Assembly: GCF_009914755.1 (NCBI RefSeq)
Contig: NC_060927.1
Origin: the human T2T-CHM13v2.0 reference genome, Homo sapiens
Reading direction: 5' to 3' (one strand)
Length of the DNA stretch: 64,000 bases
Of this stretch, positions 24,302 to 40,033 are shown piece after piece; positions within the stretch are counted from its first letter, which is position 1, and every line of letters starts with the position of its first letter. Under the pieces are notes generated by a model that was not told the origin of the DNA, searched no databases, and saw only the letters and a list, made by a program, of their open reading frames with translations. Both the position numbers and the translations under genes were made by a program.

Positions 24302-24488
24302 AGTTGTGCTAACTACTGTGTGCCTCAAAATTGCCTACAGTTGTGTTAAAATAAGAGATTGCTGAGGCCTGCTATTGGAATTTCAGATTTGGTAGATCTG
24401 GGGGTGTAACCTGAGAATATGCAGTTCTAGTAAGTTCCCAGGTGATGCTGATGCTGCTAGCACAGGGACCACACTTACAGAAGGACTG
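24302..24488. mobile_element. MER5A hAT-Charlie fossil
   Basis: AAGTTCCCAGGTGATGCTGATGCTGCT...GGGACCACACTT, length ~190 bp. Confidence 0.8.
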
Positions 24489-24499
24489 AGTGAAGCATC

Positions 24500-25150
24500 G
24501 TCATTACTTATAACAGCAACTTCTCTCTAGTCACAATTTCATTTATCCCATTCTCTGAGCTCCTCCTATAATCATTCCCATTCATACCCTGACATAAAAT
24601 CTTTCAATCTCTCTGAGACCTCCAAACTATTATTTTATCATATTCACAATGACCCTTACCTCCTTGATGTACTCTGTTGCCTGTTCTCCTGCCTAAATTC
24701 CACGGCCAACCATTCCCAGGAAACTTCAACTTTCTTGTTTCTCTTTCACTTTGCTGAATATAACCAGGAAAATAACCCTGGTTAGATCCAAATTTCCACC
24801 AAATCCCCACATATATTTGAGCAACTAGCTATATGGAGCAAATTGAAAAATATCCCACTTGAAACTGAGAATCTCAGTGCCGCCTATCAATCAATCATAC
24901 TACGTATGTTCCCATCTATTCACTCACTAATTTACCTAGTTTTGTATCTTATCCTGTCTCTAATCCCTAACACTTCCCCAGAAATCCTCAATGTCTTTTT
25001 GGTTGTGCTTCCCTGAGAACATTGAATCACCCAAAGACAACTTCCACAGACTCCTGAAACCATTTAAACTCACTTTCCCATGTCTACACCCACATACTCT
25101 CCCTTTTCACCTATTATTGTCATGAACTAACTGGCCCCTGTCTGTATATT
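24500..25150 (+). mobile_element. Probable L2 LINE remnant
   Basis: Pyrimidine-rich degenerate sequence with L2-like AACCCTGGTTAGATCCAA. Weak. Confidence 0.4.
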
Positions 25151-26064
25151 GTCTGATGATGATTTGTATATTACAGATGAAGAAAATAAGAATAGGGTTA
25201 GAGCTACTTTCTCATTATAGCATAGCTTAGAATCAAATCCATGCAGTCCACCACTGAAACTGGGGTTCCAAGTCAGTGTATTTGGAGAAGGAGAGCTAGT
25301 AGAAAAACAAGGATGAAAAGATCCAGGATGAAGCTTCTGATGGAAGAAAAGGACATTTTTACTATTATGAACCCCTTGAAGTAGACCTTTAGCATTCTCA
25401 TCTGGACAAATATCCATTCATCCACTCCAGTGAGCTGATTAAGTTTTAGGATTTTAAGGGTCAATGAAAAATTATTCCTCATTCAGCAATTAAAGAAGGA
25501 TTAATATGAATATTATCTTGGAGAAGTTTAATTTAAAACATATTTCATTGATTTTTGGCAATTGTCTTCTATCAGATCATTACCAATCCATATGAGTTGG
25601 GAGGAAGGGAGAAAACCCAAAACTTAATCAGATGCCTGAAGTTAGGGAACATTTTATAACCAACCCAGGGGGAAAAAAAGGCTCAAAAGGGGAAAGATGA
25701 GGACAGAAAATACATTTCAAAGATTTTAACTTTTTGACAAAATGTCAATTCTGTACAAGAAAAACTGATGATTGTGTGAATATAACTTTGTCATTTACAT
25801 CTGCCAATGTGTTCAGAAATATATAACCTATAAGTTTTTTTAATAGTAGTTTGTTAACACAAAATTTATTCATCAAAGTATCTAAAACATTCTAAAAATA
25901 CTAAAAATTTTCAATTTAAATATTAAGCTAAACAGCTCTGTATATATAAATAAGCTCAAACAAATGTGCATGCTCCCCAACAATAACACTGCTACAGATG
26001 TTGACTGGTGGTTTTGGTTTCATTTCATTTTATAATGGCAAATCTGGTTAAAACCCAGATTCTG

Positions 26065-26386
<322 letters not shown>

Positions 26387-27525
26387 TCAGAATAAGGATC
26401 TCAAAGAGGTCAATATGTATGTAATCTATTCTTAAAGAAAATTTTTCTCCAGTTGTTTATTGAAATATCACACAGGCTCTGACTTTGTTTATACCCTTAA
26501 AAAGTATCTAGATTTATGTGTAGCTTTTGTAAAGTGAAAGCTCAGAATGTCTACTCTGTTCTGGTACCACTTTAGCTTAATTGCTGGAAAATATTTAATA
26601 AAAATGAATTGGTCAACAAATGGAAAATTTGAACTTTGCATACTAAATTTTTACTTCATATTATCAACTCTTGAAAAATAAGTGTGTATATTAGAAATGA
26701 CACTCATTTGACTATACCATAATAGATTTCAGACTTTTTATCTTTACAGAATTTCTCCATCCTTTGAATTATGTTAGCGGGCTTTAGTTGCCCAGTATTG
26801 GTGATCCGCCTCCACTAATTCACAGCTCTATTGTATTACCCCTGGGGATGCATTTCCATAGTTCTGCCTTGTCATGAGTGTCATGTTTTTCTTCTATTTT
26901 GTTGACTGCCATTCAAATATTTTTGGCTTTATCAGAGATTTTCACTTTATTGTTTGTCACCTCCTCATTTTTTTAGCCTCTCATAATTTACTGTGTTATA
27001 TCTGCCTGGGCTTTTGGTTCCTTTACAGATTTGTTTCATTTTATTTTTAGCTTATGATACTTCTAAAGTCTGTACCCTTTTAATTTTCACTTGCTTCATC
27101 ATCACATTCTTGTGTTTTGTTTTCATTTCAAAATACCAGAAAATAAAATGTCTCAGCAGTTTGGTGAGTGGAATAGTTCATTTATAATCCAAAAAAAACC
27201 CATACTTTTTGTGAGCTATCTGCTTATAAGTAAAAATTTTATATATAAATTCTTGAAAAAAAATCTTAAATTTCTGGGGGATTGAATGAGATTTTAAAAA
27301 TCATTCTATACAACAACAGGTGCAAAATTTGTATTCCTCTACTCAAGAGAAATAATTAATGAACATTTGTTATTAGTTTACTAACATCTAAATGTTAATG
27401 TATTCAATTACACATTATTAAAACACAATTAAGCTTAAGAGGTGGAAAAGTATAAAACAAACAAGTGTATAATTTACCTTTATTCATATGAAATATCTTT
27501 TTCTCTCCTGAAAATAAAGATGAGC

Positions 27526-27736
27526 CAGTGGTGTGCTGGGGCGGGAGGGGGTGTGTTGGAGGGAGAAAAGCCATAATTTGTACAACTTGCCCATTTCCAT
27601 GTTTTAAATACTCCCACCCTGGCCAATTTTAAGCTACCAGCAATTTGATAACCAGTTCACAACATTTTTGAAAATTTAATAATCAGCTCTCAAAAGCTGG
27701 TACAGGCCAGGATAAGCCAGCTTCAGCACAAAACTG
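27526..27736 (-). mobile_element. MER63A-like hAT-Blackjack fossil
   Basis: TIRs CAGTGGTGTGCTGG and CAGCACAAAACTG, internal AAATACTCCCACC.TGGCC.ATTT.AAGCTACCA, length ~210 bp. Confidence 0.8.
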
Positions 27737-28153
27737 AAAATGATTATTAATCTTTACTGGCTCCAGATATCTTTTAACATATATTGAAATCTATGACCCT
27801 TAAAAAGAAAACATATATACAGATTTTGACAAAACTTTGCAGTTCCACTCATGGATCCCTGTATAAGAATCCCCTTTCTATGTGTGTTTGTAATTTAAAG
27901 AGTTCAGACTTTATGATTCACAGGTGACAACTAATGATTTAACCTCAACACTTGGGCTTTTATAATTTGGGAGTCCGGTGTTTAACTGCTGGTAACTGCT
28001 TCTTCTCAGAGAAACTTAGGAGCTAAGACCAGGGAAATGTCCCTTCGTCTGCAACACACCTCTTCTTTCTGAACATATTGTATAAGAAGCTAACTTTGTC
28101 CAAAGTTTATATGCCTTTTGCATTTTCAGTTACAAGCTATTTTCTTTTGGAAC

Positions 28154-28856
28154 TGTAGGACTGGGAGAACTTTCCCTCTACCCTCTGAAGGTATGATAAC
28201 TGAGTCTATGAAATAAATGGATAACAGGCATGTCAAAAGAAGAAAAGGTGTACACATTTATTACATGCATGGGGGAATCACAGGAAAGAAAAGTTGATGC
28301 AAAAACAAAACAAAACAAAACAAAACGCCACCAAGAAAAAACCCAGTGAGATTTAGGAGCTTATAGGGAAGGCAGGAGGGAGAATGTAGAAAACTTAGGG
28401 GAGAGCAAATGACTTTTGGGAAAGATGACCAGACCCTTAGCAGAATAGATGATAGTTTGTGACAGTCTGTCTTGGTGTGGTATGGACTCTTAGTCTTCTC
28501 TCCTGTGATAGGAGGAGTCAATTTTCCCTGGTTAATGAAACTCCTAGGAAGGAGATGAATGTCTTTGTGCTGACAAGACAATATCTTGAAGCTTTGTTTT
28601 CCATTTCAGTTCTAAATCTGCAGTGTATCAAAATCTCCTCATTATGCTTTGGATATTATGGTAGATAAATGGTATCTTCACAAAGATACATTCATTCTGG
28701 TACTGAAAGTTCCTTTTGGAGGGTCTCTCTTGAGGAAGGTAAAGGGAGTGCAGAGAAAGCATGTCCCGCATTTGTTGTTTTTCAAATATTTTCAGTTCGA
28801 TGTAATCAGTACGCCAAAGCAATCCACTTAGGGCTGGCATTTCCTGAACACCTTCA
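28154..28856 (-). mobile_element. MER39/MER34-group ERV1 solo LTR carrying an internal 148-bp insert
   Basis: TG...CA termini (TGTAGGACTGGGAGAACTTTCCCTCTACCCTCTGAAGG ... CCTGAACACCTTCA). 4-bp TSD GAAC at 28150-28153 and 28857-28860. Strand is from recalled consensus. Confidence 0.85.
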
Positions 28857-29452
28857 GAACTCTTTTGGATCCCATGTTATTTCTATCAGATCATGTGATT
28901 TAAGAACAACTTTTACTTGCCACTTACATATATATTGAAAAGGCAAACTTTCCTTTCATAGTTTGCTAATTTTGGCAAAGTACATTAACAAAAGTTAAAT
29001 TAAGTGAGTAAGTGAAATTTTCTTTTCTATTGTTTTGAAAACAATTCTAGAAACTGTCCTTGTAAGAACAGCAAAAAGAGAAAAAGGTAATTCTCAACTG
29101 TTGCTTCAACCATTCTTTGCTTAACAATGTATCTAATTAAAAGGCAGAACTCTCTATTTCAGGTTTATATGTATCAATTGCTTGATTAGAAAGTAAATTA
29201 TCTACCCCATATAATCTGGTGTCAAAAAACTTATAATAAAATTACTTTGATTTTATTGCTGATAAGTTTGTGAATTTAAATCTCAACTTTCATGAATTTA
29301 TTTGCTTTGTGCTGACAAGACAGTATCCTGAAGTTTTGTTTTCCAACTCAGTTCTAAATCTGCAGTGTATCAAAATCTCCTTATTATGCTTTGCATGTTA
29401 TGGTACGTAAATGGTATCTTCACAAAGATACATTCATTCTGGTATTGAAAGT
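28563..29452 (+). repeat. Dispersed direct repeat of 148 bp (28563-28710 and 29305-29452)
   Basis: Ungapped manual alignment gives 11 mismatches (~93% identity) at offset 742. Confidence 0.97.
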
Positions 29453-30743
29453 GCCTACTTAAAATTCTGCACGAACAGTTTTATTGAAAAAATATGTAGA
29501 CAAGCCATTAATTATACACAGTGACTTGGAACAAATTCTTATAAGAAGCATAGCATGTCTTCCATTAAATGTATACATTTTATAAGAAGTTACTGAAAGT
29601 CTTCCTGAGGTTAAACAATAAATCTTTTAAATTTAACCACTGTGTTCCCTCAAAGGTAATTTTTTCTTTATGACACTCACTTAGGGCATACAGTCAGTCT
29701 CAGCCTACTTTAAACAACTAGGCAGTATTTTTAGTGCATTTTTCTGTTTGTTAAAAAGCTAGTTGTTGAGAATAAGTTGCTCAATTATCTTCCTCAATTA
29801 CTTTTTGTTTTGTTTTGTAATTATTATCCTATTTTGGTTTTCCTTTAGAATTGTGAAATGTCTTGAATCAGAAATTGCAGAGAATATATAAATGAGTAAG
29901 CATGCACTCTGCAATCAAACTAGATCTCGAAACTGTTTTGTTGTAGTTTATACCTTGAATTCGAAAAGCCATTTTATACAAGGCACTTGAAAAATTTTCA
30001 AGCTCATATATTTCATAATAGTACAGAATTTATTATTCTTTTATTTGCAAGGAGATAGACCAGATATCACTTCATTTCTTACAGTGTTGACTTTGATATT
30101 CTAAACTTGTCAGTTTATACAGATTAATGAAGACTCCATACATGTAAAATTCACTATAATTTTTTTTCTGATATGAGAGTCCAAACAAATAGTAACTACA
30201 TTTCAAACAGGTAAAGTAAAAATATACAATAGCTTGACAAAAAAAAAAAAGAAAGGAAAAAAGAAACCCCTATACATGCCTTAACATTCTTAAACTCTGA
30301 GGACCAAATTGGATTCAAAAGAAACATTTCTGGTGGGCAGGGAAAGGGCTAAAAAGCTGAAGTATATAATAAATAAATTCCTCATTGCTATCAAATATAT
30401 GACCAGCATGACATTTCAATACATATGAAAGTTTTCTTAAAAAAGTTCTAGGATAATAGGATTTCAGCTTCTGATTCTACAGATATCATTCTTGTGATTG
30501 GTGTGGGAGAATCATCCTCTTCATGTATCAGTGGATTCAAATGAAAAAAAAATCAGGCAGCTAGTTCCTTTCCAAGAAGCCTTAGAGATTGTTGTACATA
30601 AAAATATGAGCCATATTTCTGATTCAAATTTTAAGTAGAGAATTCTCTTTATTCATTCTTCTGCATAAAATTATGCACTGGCACTCTGCTCTCCAGACAA
30701 GAGAAACTTCTTACATGCTGTCATTTGAGATACCCAAGACTCA

Positions 30744-34005
<3,262 letters not shown>

Positions 34006-34479
34006 AAAAGAAAGGTAACTGAGATGATGGATATGTTAATTTGCTTGACTATAGAAACCATTTTACTATGTATATGTGTATCAAAACATTAAATATACAA
34101 TAAAAATGAATGAATATGACATTAACTTCTCATGTGCTGTCACTTTGGATCTAATCTTTTTGCCATTTCAGTCTGCTACTGAATAACAAAAGGTATAGTG
34201 ATATAATAATCACTCACAATACTCTAGGTATTATGGAATATGTTGGGGGAGTAGTGATAGAAAAATGGGTAATTCACAATTATTAACCTCAGGTTGCTTG
34301 AAGTTGATCCTATGTGCCCTGTAGCTATATTTTCATTAATTCACGGGATAATCCCAACTGATACAAACATTATCAAGTTGCCAGTAGTGCCAGCCTTGAA
34401 GTGTTGTTCAAACTTTTGATTCTTGGCTGTATTCATTTGCAGGCTCTAGTTTCTGTTTTGTTTTTTATGTAAGTAAGTA

Positions 34480-35200
34480 TATGGTTGTTGGCCTCTCATT
34501 CTTTAAATTACCTTCTCTTATAAGCTTCTGTGACACCATGTTTGCTTGGCTTACTTATGCCTCTAAGGTCTCCCATTGCTATTCTTTCTAGGCTTCTCTC
34601 ATCAGCTCTTAAATTCTGGTGCTTCTTAAGAGCTGACTCTCTATCCTCTGCTCTTATAATCTGTAATCTCTTAATAGTTATTTAATTTGCAGCCATGGCT
34701 CCAGAAGCACCTGCCATTTTATTCCTCTTGAATCTGCACCTATATTTTCAACATTTCTTTCCTGCTAGAGACACACATGGGCCTCCCTTCTGGGCTTCCC
34801 CAGTGGGAAACGCCATGGTATTCACAAACTCCACATGCTCATTATGGAACTCCTCCTCTTCACTTCTCCCATACTTCCTCTTCCAACTTACTCCTCTCCT
34901 GCTTTGCACAGGCAAGTTATGGGAATACCACACACCTGGTTATCAAAGCCAGACACTCCACCTTTATTTTTACCTCGTGTCCATTCATCTCACCCACTTC
35001 CTCCACTGAATCTGTTACATCGCCAAACCCACTTAATTTTACCGCTGATATAATTCTACTCTATCTAGCCTCATATTCCCTACTATCATCCTCTCTCACG
35101 TGGACTATATTATATTTTTTAAACTGGCCTTTTCCCCCTTTTCATTTTTATTCCTCTATAGTCCATCTTTCTGACATTGCTATGGCACTCAAATCTTCAG
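34480..35200 (+). mobile_element. Probable L2 LINE remnant
   Basis: Pyrimidine-rich and degenerate, with L2-like TTCTGTGACACCA...CTCTTAAATTCTGGTGCTTCT. Confidence 0.45.
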
Positions 35201-35249
35201 AATAAAACAAAAACTCTTTTTTGGAAATTTAGGCTCTTCAGGATTTAGA

Positions 35250-35385
35250 GACGGCAGCTATCATCCTTTGCTTGATATTCAAAATATCTGGGTAACTTTT
35301 TAAACATAGGCTCATAGGCCACTCCCTCTGAAATTCTGATTTAATTGGTCTGGAATAGGGTCTAGGCATAAGTAAGTATTTCTTA
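35250..35385. mobile_element. MER5-family fragment
   Basis: CTGAAATTCTGATTTAATTGGTCTGGAATAGGGTCTAGGCAT. Confidence 0.6.
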
Positions 35386-35422
35386 AACAAAAAAAACAAG
35401 GGACGGAAATATGCAGTAAGAG

Positions 35423-35482
35423 TATATGTAACAAATCTGCATGTTCTGCACATGTATCCCAGAACTTAAAGCATTAAAAAAA
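35423..35482 (+). mobile_element. Very short L1PA 3' terminus (~60 bp)
   Basis: TATGTAACAAATCTGCATGTTCTGCACATGTATCCCAGAACTTAAAG followed by an A tail. Confidence 0.8.
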
Positions 35483-35813
35483 CTTGTATTCATAGAAGAA
35501 TAATGGTTCCCAGAGGCAGTGGGTAGGTGAGGAGTGAAGGAATGAGGAATTACTGGTCCAAAGTTACAAAGTTTCAGCTAGACAAGAGGAATAAGTTTTG
35601 AGATCTACTGCAAAGCAGGATGACTGTAATCAATAATAATATGTTGTATATTTCAAAATAACTAAGAGTAATTTCAAATGTATCACCCCAAAAATATCAA
35701 GGAAGTGAAGTGATGGATATGTTAATTAGCTTGATTTAATCACTCTAAATTGTAGACGTATATCAAAACATCACCTTGTACTACATAAATGTAATATAAT
35801 TATGAAAAAAAAA
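35483..35813 (+). mobile_element. L1MA (MA4-like) 3' end
   Basis: TACAAAGTTTCAGCTAGACAAGAGGAATAAGTTTTGAGATCTA...GATGGATATGTTAATTAGCTTGATTTAATC followed by an A tail. Confidence 0.8.
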
Positions 35814-36234
35814 CAGACCTGATGTTTGAAATGATAATTATTTTTATAACCTCATTTCAGATTTAACAATCTCATATTATATCCTAGTATGTATCCATAT
35901 TACCCACATGGGAACTACAGGTCTCTACAAAGTTAGCCAGGTGCGATATCCAAGATATTCAGTCAAGAGGGAGTGTCTAATTGTTATTTTGGTCTTCATT
36001 CAGGTTAGTAATGCCCATCCACAGTTTGTACAATAGTTTTCCCACTTTACAATTTTAAAAACCTATCATTCTTGATTTTATTAACTAGCCCATTCTATCA
36101 AATTTAAACTTGTTATTTTTTAAAAGACCATGTCCAAGTGGCAATTCTATGTGTATCTCCCTCAAACGAGCATCAGTTGAAGAAATCTGAGAAATTCAAC
36201 CAGCTCTGAACTCACATCACTATTTCAATGTCCG

Positions 36235-36541
36235 TTATTTGTTTATTATTATTATTTTTTGAGATGGATTCTCACTTTGTTGTCCAGGTTGGAGTACAGT
36301 GGTGCGATTTCAGCTCACTGCAACTTCTGCCTCCTGGGTTTAAGTGATTCTCCTGCCTTAGCCTCCTGAGTAGCTGGTATTACAGGTGCCCCCAACCGTG
36401 CCCAGCTAATGTTTGTATTTTTAGTAGAGACGGGGTTTCACCATGTTGGCTAGGCTGGTCTCATACTCCTGAGCTCAAGCGATCCACCTGCCTCGGCCTC
36501 CCAAAGTGCTGGGATTAGAGGTGTGAGCCACTGGCCCAGCC
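36235..36541 (-). mobile_element. Alu (older S or J type), full length
   Basis: (TTA)n/T tail followed by a dimeric Alu ending GAGCCACTGGCCCAGCC. Confidence 0.93.
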
Positions 36542-37718
36542 CCATGGCATTTTTTTAAACCAGGACTTCTGTATAATGAAGCTTTTGTCAATATCTTTTT
36601 AACCACATCCTCTTACTTATTACACCCATTCCAACTACCTGTCTTCATCTCATCACATTTAAGTACTCAAATTGTCCATAGGCTGCAGAATGAATTCATT
36701 AGGACTTTATATAATTTTTCAAATCATGAAATTGCATAATCTTTTGAATATGGAATTGGGAGGCCTTTATAGTTCATTCAGTAGAAAACTGGAACATTTT
36801 TGAAAGGTGATCTGCTTGACACTTTTCAAAGAGTACAAAACCTTGTGAAGTAGCAGATGCAATGATTACCAATGTACTTTATGAAATGACTTTCAGAGTT
36901 TGAGATTAAATTGGCTTTTCTGAAATATGTAAGTCTCTGGAAAAACACAACATTTCTAATCTTGCTTTGGAAAGCCTTTAGTATGTAAAAATCAATTTCT
37001 TATATCTTCTTTGAAATAAACATGGAATATCCTAAGGTTTTATTCATGTTTCATGAATTTCACAGCACTCATCATATTTTAAAGTTATTTTTAATTCTTT
37101 GCATTGTATTAAAATCTCTCTTGGAATAAGAGGCCTGAAAAACAATCATAATATACTGTTGTTGTCTAACAATATATCAAGTTTTTAATGACTCTTACAA
37201 TGCAATATTTTTATCATTCTTGTAGTTTATCCACATGTATTTAATATTACTAGCAGAAATTTAGATTTTAGTAAATTAATTCTGATCTTTGTAAAATACT
37301 TTTGTTTTCAATCTATATCTATTAATTCTTTAGTCCATGAATCCATCTAACAATTATTATTGAACAAGTTCTAGGAGATAAGTACTATACAGTTGCTAAG
37401 AATTCTGAAAGATCATCTTATACCTATTATGCAGAAGCAGAGCGAGACGAACCAAAACTTACATAACACTGTGACATGTGTTTCAAGTTTAAACATCTTA
37501 AAAAATACATTTCATAAAACTAAAGATAAAACTTGATACTTCTTTCTACTACTTTTGGTTTTATATACTTAGGCATATTATTTTTGAGTCTGGTATTAAA
37601 TAAGCCAATGTAAGTTTGCAGTCTATATCTTTATTCATGCCTTTGATTAAAATATTGAATAAGCAAGATCTAAAGAAAGGTAACATACTGAATATGCGAC
37701 TAGAAACCTCTCTCCAAG

Positions 37719-37931
37719 TGACCAGGCTGGGCAAAATGCTGAAATTCCATCTCTACCAAAAAATAAGATGTGGTGGTGCACCCCTGTAGCCCCAGCTATG
37801 CTGGTGGCTACTCAGGAGGCTGAGACAGGAGGCTCACTCAAGCTCAGAAGGTAGAGGCTACAGTGAGCTATGACTGCCACTGCACTCAGCCTGACTGACA
37901 AAGTGAGACACTGTCTCACAAAAAAGGGAAG
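37719..37931 (+). mobile_element. 5'-truncated AluJ-like element
   Basis: Diverged right arm GAGGCTACAGTGAGCTATGA. TSD GAAACCTCTCTC(C/T)AAG at 37703-37718 and 37932-37947. Confidence 0.88.
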
Positions 37932-38177
37932 GAAACCTCTCTCTAAGATGAAAAAGGAGTAAGAGGGTTTTTAAGACACACGTCCCCAGTGAGGCAGATT
38001 AAATCAATATGAGCTTAAAATCCTTCCTAAACAATATTTAGTTCACTTATATTGTTCTGTTATACAAAATCAAAGTATTCCTCTTAGAAACAATATTTAC
38101 TAAATTTTCCTTTAGTATACCAACTGTGGTACAATTATGCCACTTCTCTTTAATCCTGCCTAGTAGTCCATGCTATC

Positions 38178-38400
38178 TGGTATAGTGTTCAAGTGTGCAG
38201 GCTTTGAGCCACACCATATGGGCACAAAAATTTCCTCTGCCACTTAAAATTGGGTGACTTACTTCACCTTTCTATGCCTCAGTATGACACTAGTTGCTAC
38301 CTCCTATAGTTGTGAGGATAAAATGAGTGTATACAGGCAAAGCACCTAGTATTTAAATACAACTTAACTATAGTCATAATTATTACTATTACTGTGATTA
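38178..38400 (+). mobile_element. MIR remnant
   Basis: GGTATAGTGTTCAAGTGTGCAGGCTTTGAGCC...CTCTGCCACTTA...TTCTATGCCTCAGT...GTTGTGAGGATAAAATGAG. Confidence 0.75.
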
Positions 38401-40033
38401 TGGTTATTGTTTGATTAACTCCCTCGATGAAAACAAAGCATAGGAAGTTGAATTAGAAAAGATTAGAATGGTGTTAAAGTTGGGTCCTGTGAAAAGAGAA
38501 GAGTCATGACAATTCCTTCGGCAAGAGAAGCCTCAAAATAGAATCTGGGTTTCAAAATCTACTTCCAAAGTAGAGAGATATGAAAGCTGGAAATGACATA
38601 AAGCTATTTAGGTAATCCAGTGAGTTTTCTTCTAAATCCATAGCTTTCTTCTAAATCTATAACAACCAAACAAATTAACCCTTTTCTTTACTGAGATACT
38701 TATTTTCAAAGTTAAGCCATTCTGGATGCAAATTCCTTTGAGTTTTGAGATGATCATGATGATCTTCACTCAGTCTTTCCCCCAGGTTGACATGTGGTTA
38801 TTTCACTTAATCAGATTAAAATCAATACCTGGAAATACAAAGCAATGTATTTTTTAATTTATCACAAACTAATATTCACCGGTATGGAATGAATAATTGC
38901 ATGCCTAGTTCTCTGTATACTTGCTCTTTTAAGTAATATAGCTTGGTTTGCTTTCTTTTTCTTTTCTATCTACAATCAAATCCAAACTGCTATCACTGGG
39001 TCATACATAATCAATCAAATAAACTAAAAAGCTACTGAAGGAATTTTCCATCGCTAAGCTGCCTTTTGGGAGCTGTATAATTGGTCTGCCTTACTAGACT
39101 GTCAAATGCATGCAAATGCGTTACTGCTCATGACTTGCTTCCAGGCCATCCCTAGGCTTACACTGCCAATTCTTTTTGTCATTGTAGGTAGGTGACTTTA
39201 TGTATTTTTGGACTTTTATTGTATAAAGATAGGGACAAGAAAAATAAATGTTCACCTAGGCATCAAAGATAATTGTTAAGCCACTATTTTAAATGATAGT
39301 TAACTGTGGGATTCTACTGTTTTGTGAGGAATATAGAAAAATGTTTGGAATAATTACTCTTCCTGGGACACTTTGAGGGGTCAAATGTATTCTGTTTTTA
39401 AGTATCAGTTAAAACATCTTTTGCATTCTCTCTGATCTTAGTGTTTTGATGTTGTGTGCGATGAACCAAAACATTGCATTACAAAAAGAAATCTTTATAC
39501 AGTTGACAGCTTGTAGGTCTCTGAGGAATCTATTCAATTAGTGTCATGTCCTGGTTCCCTATAGTATCAAAATTCACAGAGAATTGAGATGTTTTAGAAG
39601 TTGTATCTAATAAACCAAGAAAAGCATCAAGAAATTTTTTCCTTAAAATGAAAGATAGAAAAAAAATGTGTTTCTGCATAACTGATGTAAAAATGGCAGC
39701 CTAGAATCTGGCACTTAGTTGTTCGTCACTGAAATGTGTTATCTGGGTCTGCTAACTTGACATTATGTAGCTACAATTTAAATCAGATATATCAAAACCT
39801 ACCTTGACTTTGACTCATGCTGCCTATATTTTTTCTCAAGGGAATCTGAGAAAATCCTATTTCTTGGGGAAGAAAGGACTTCAATTTGATATTATAGATT
39901 GAAGCCCAGCATTGGGATCATGTGGAATAGGATAGATGCTCAGTGTGGATGGGAATGAATAGAATCTTCAAGGTGAATGTAAACTGCTATCCATGGAAGG
40001 CACAGAAAACGAAGACTAGACCAGAAGCCATGT

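Noticed and set aside
25221-25428. Possible exon bounded by TTCTCATTATAG| and CCA|GTGAGC
   Set aside because: The donor is weak, there is no recognisable reading frame, and such sites are common by chance.
30238-30266. Orphan A-rich tract as a retroposed tail
   Set aside because: No TSD or upstream retroposed body is visible.
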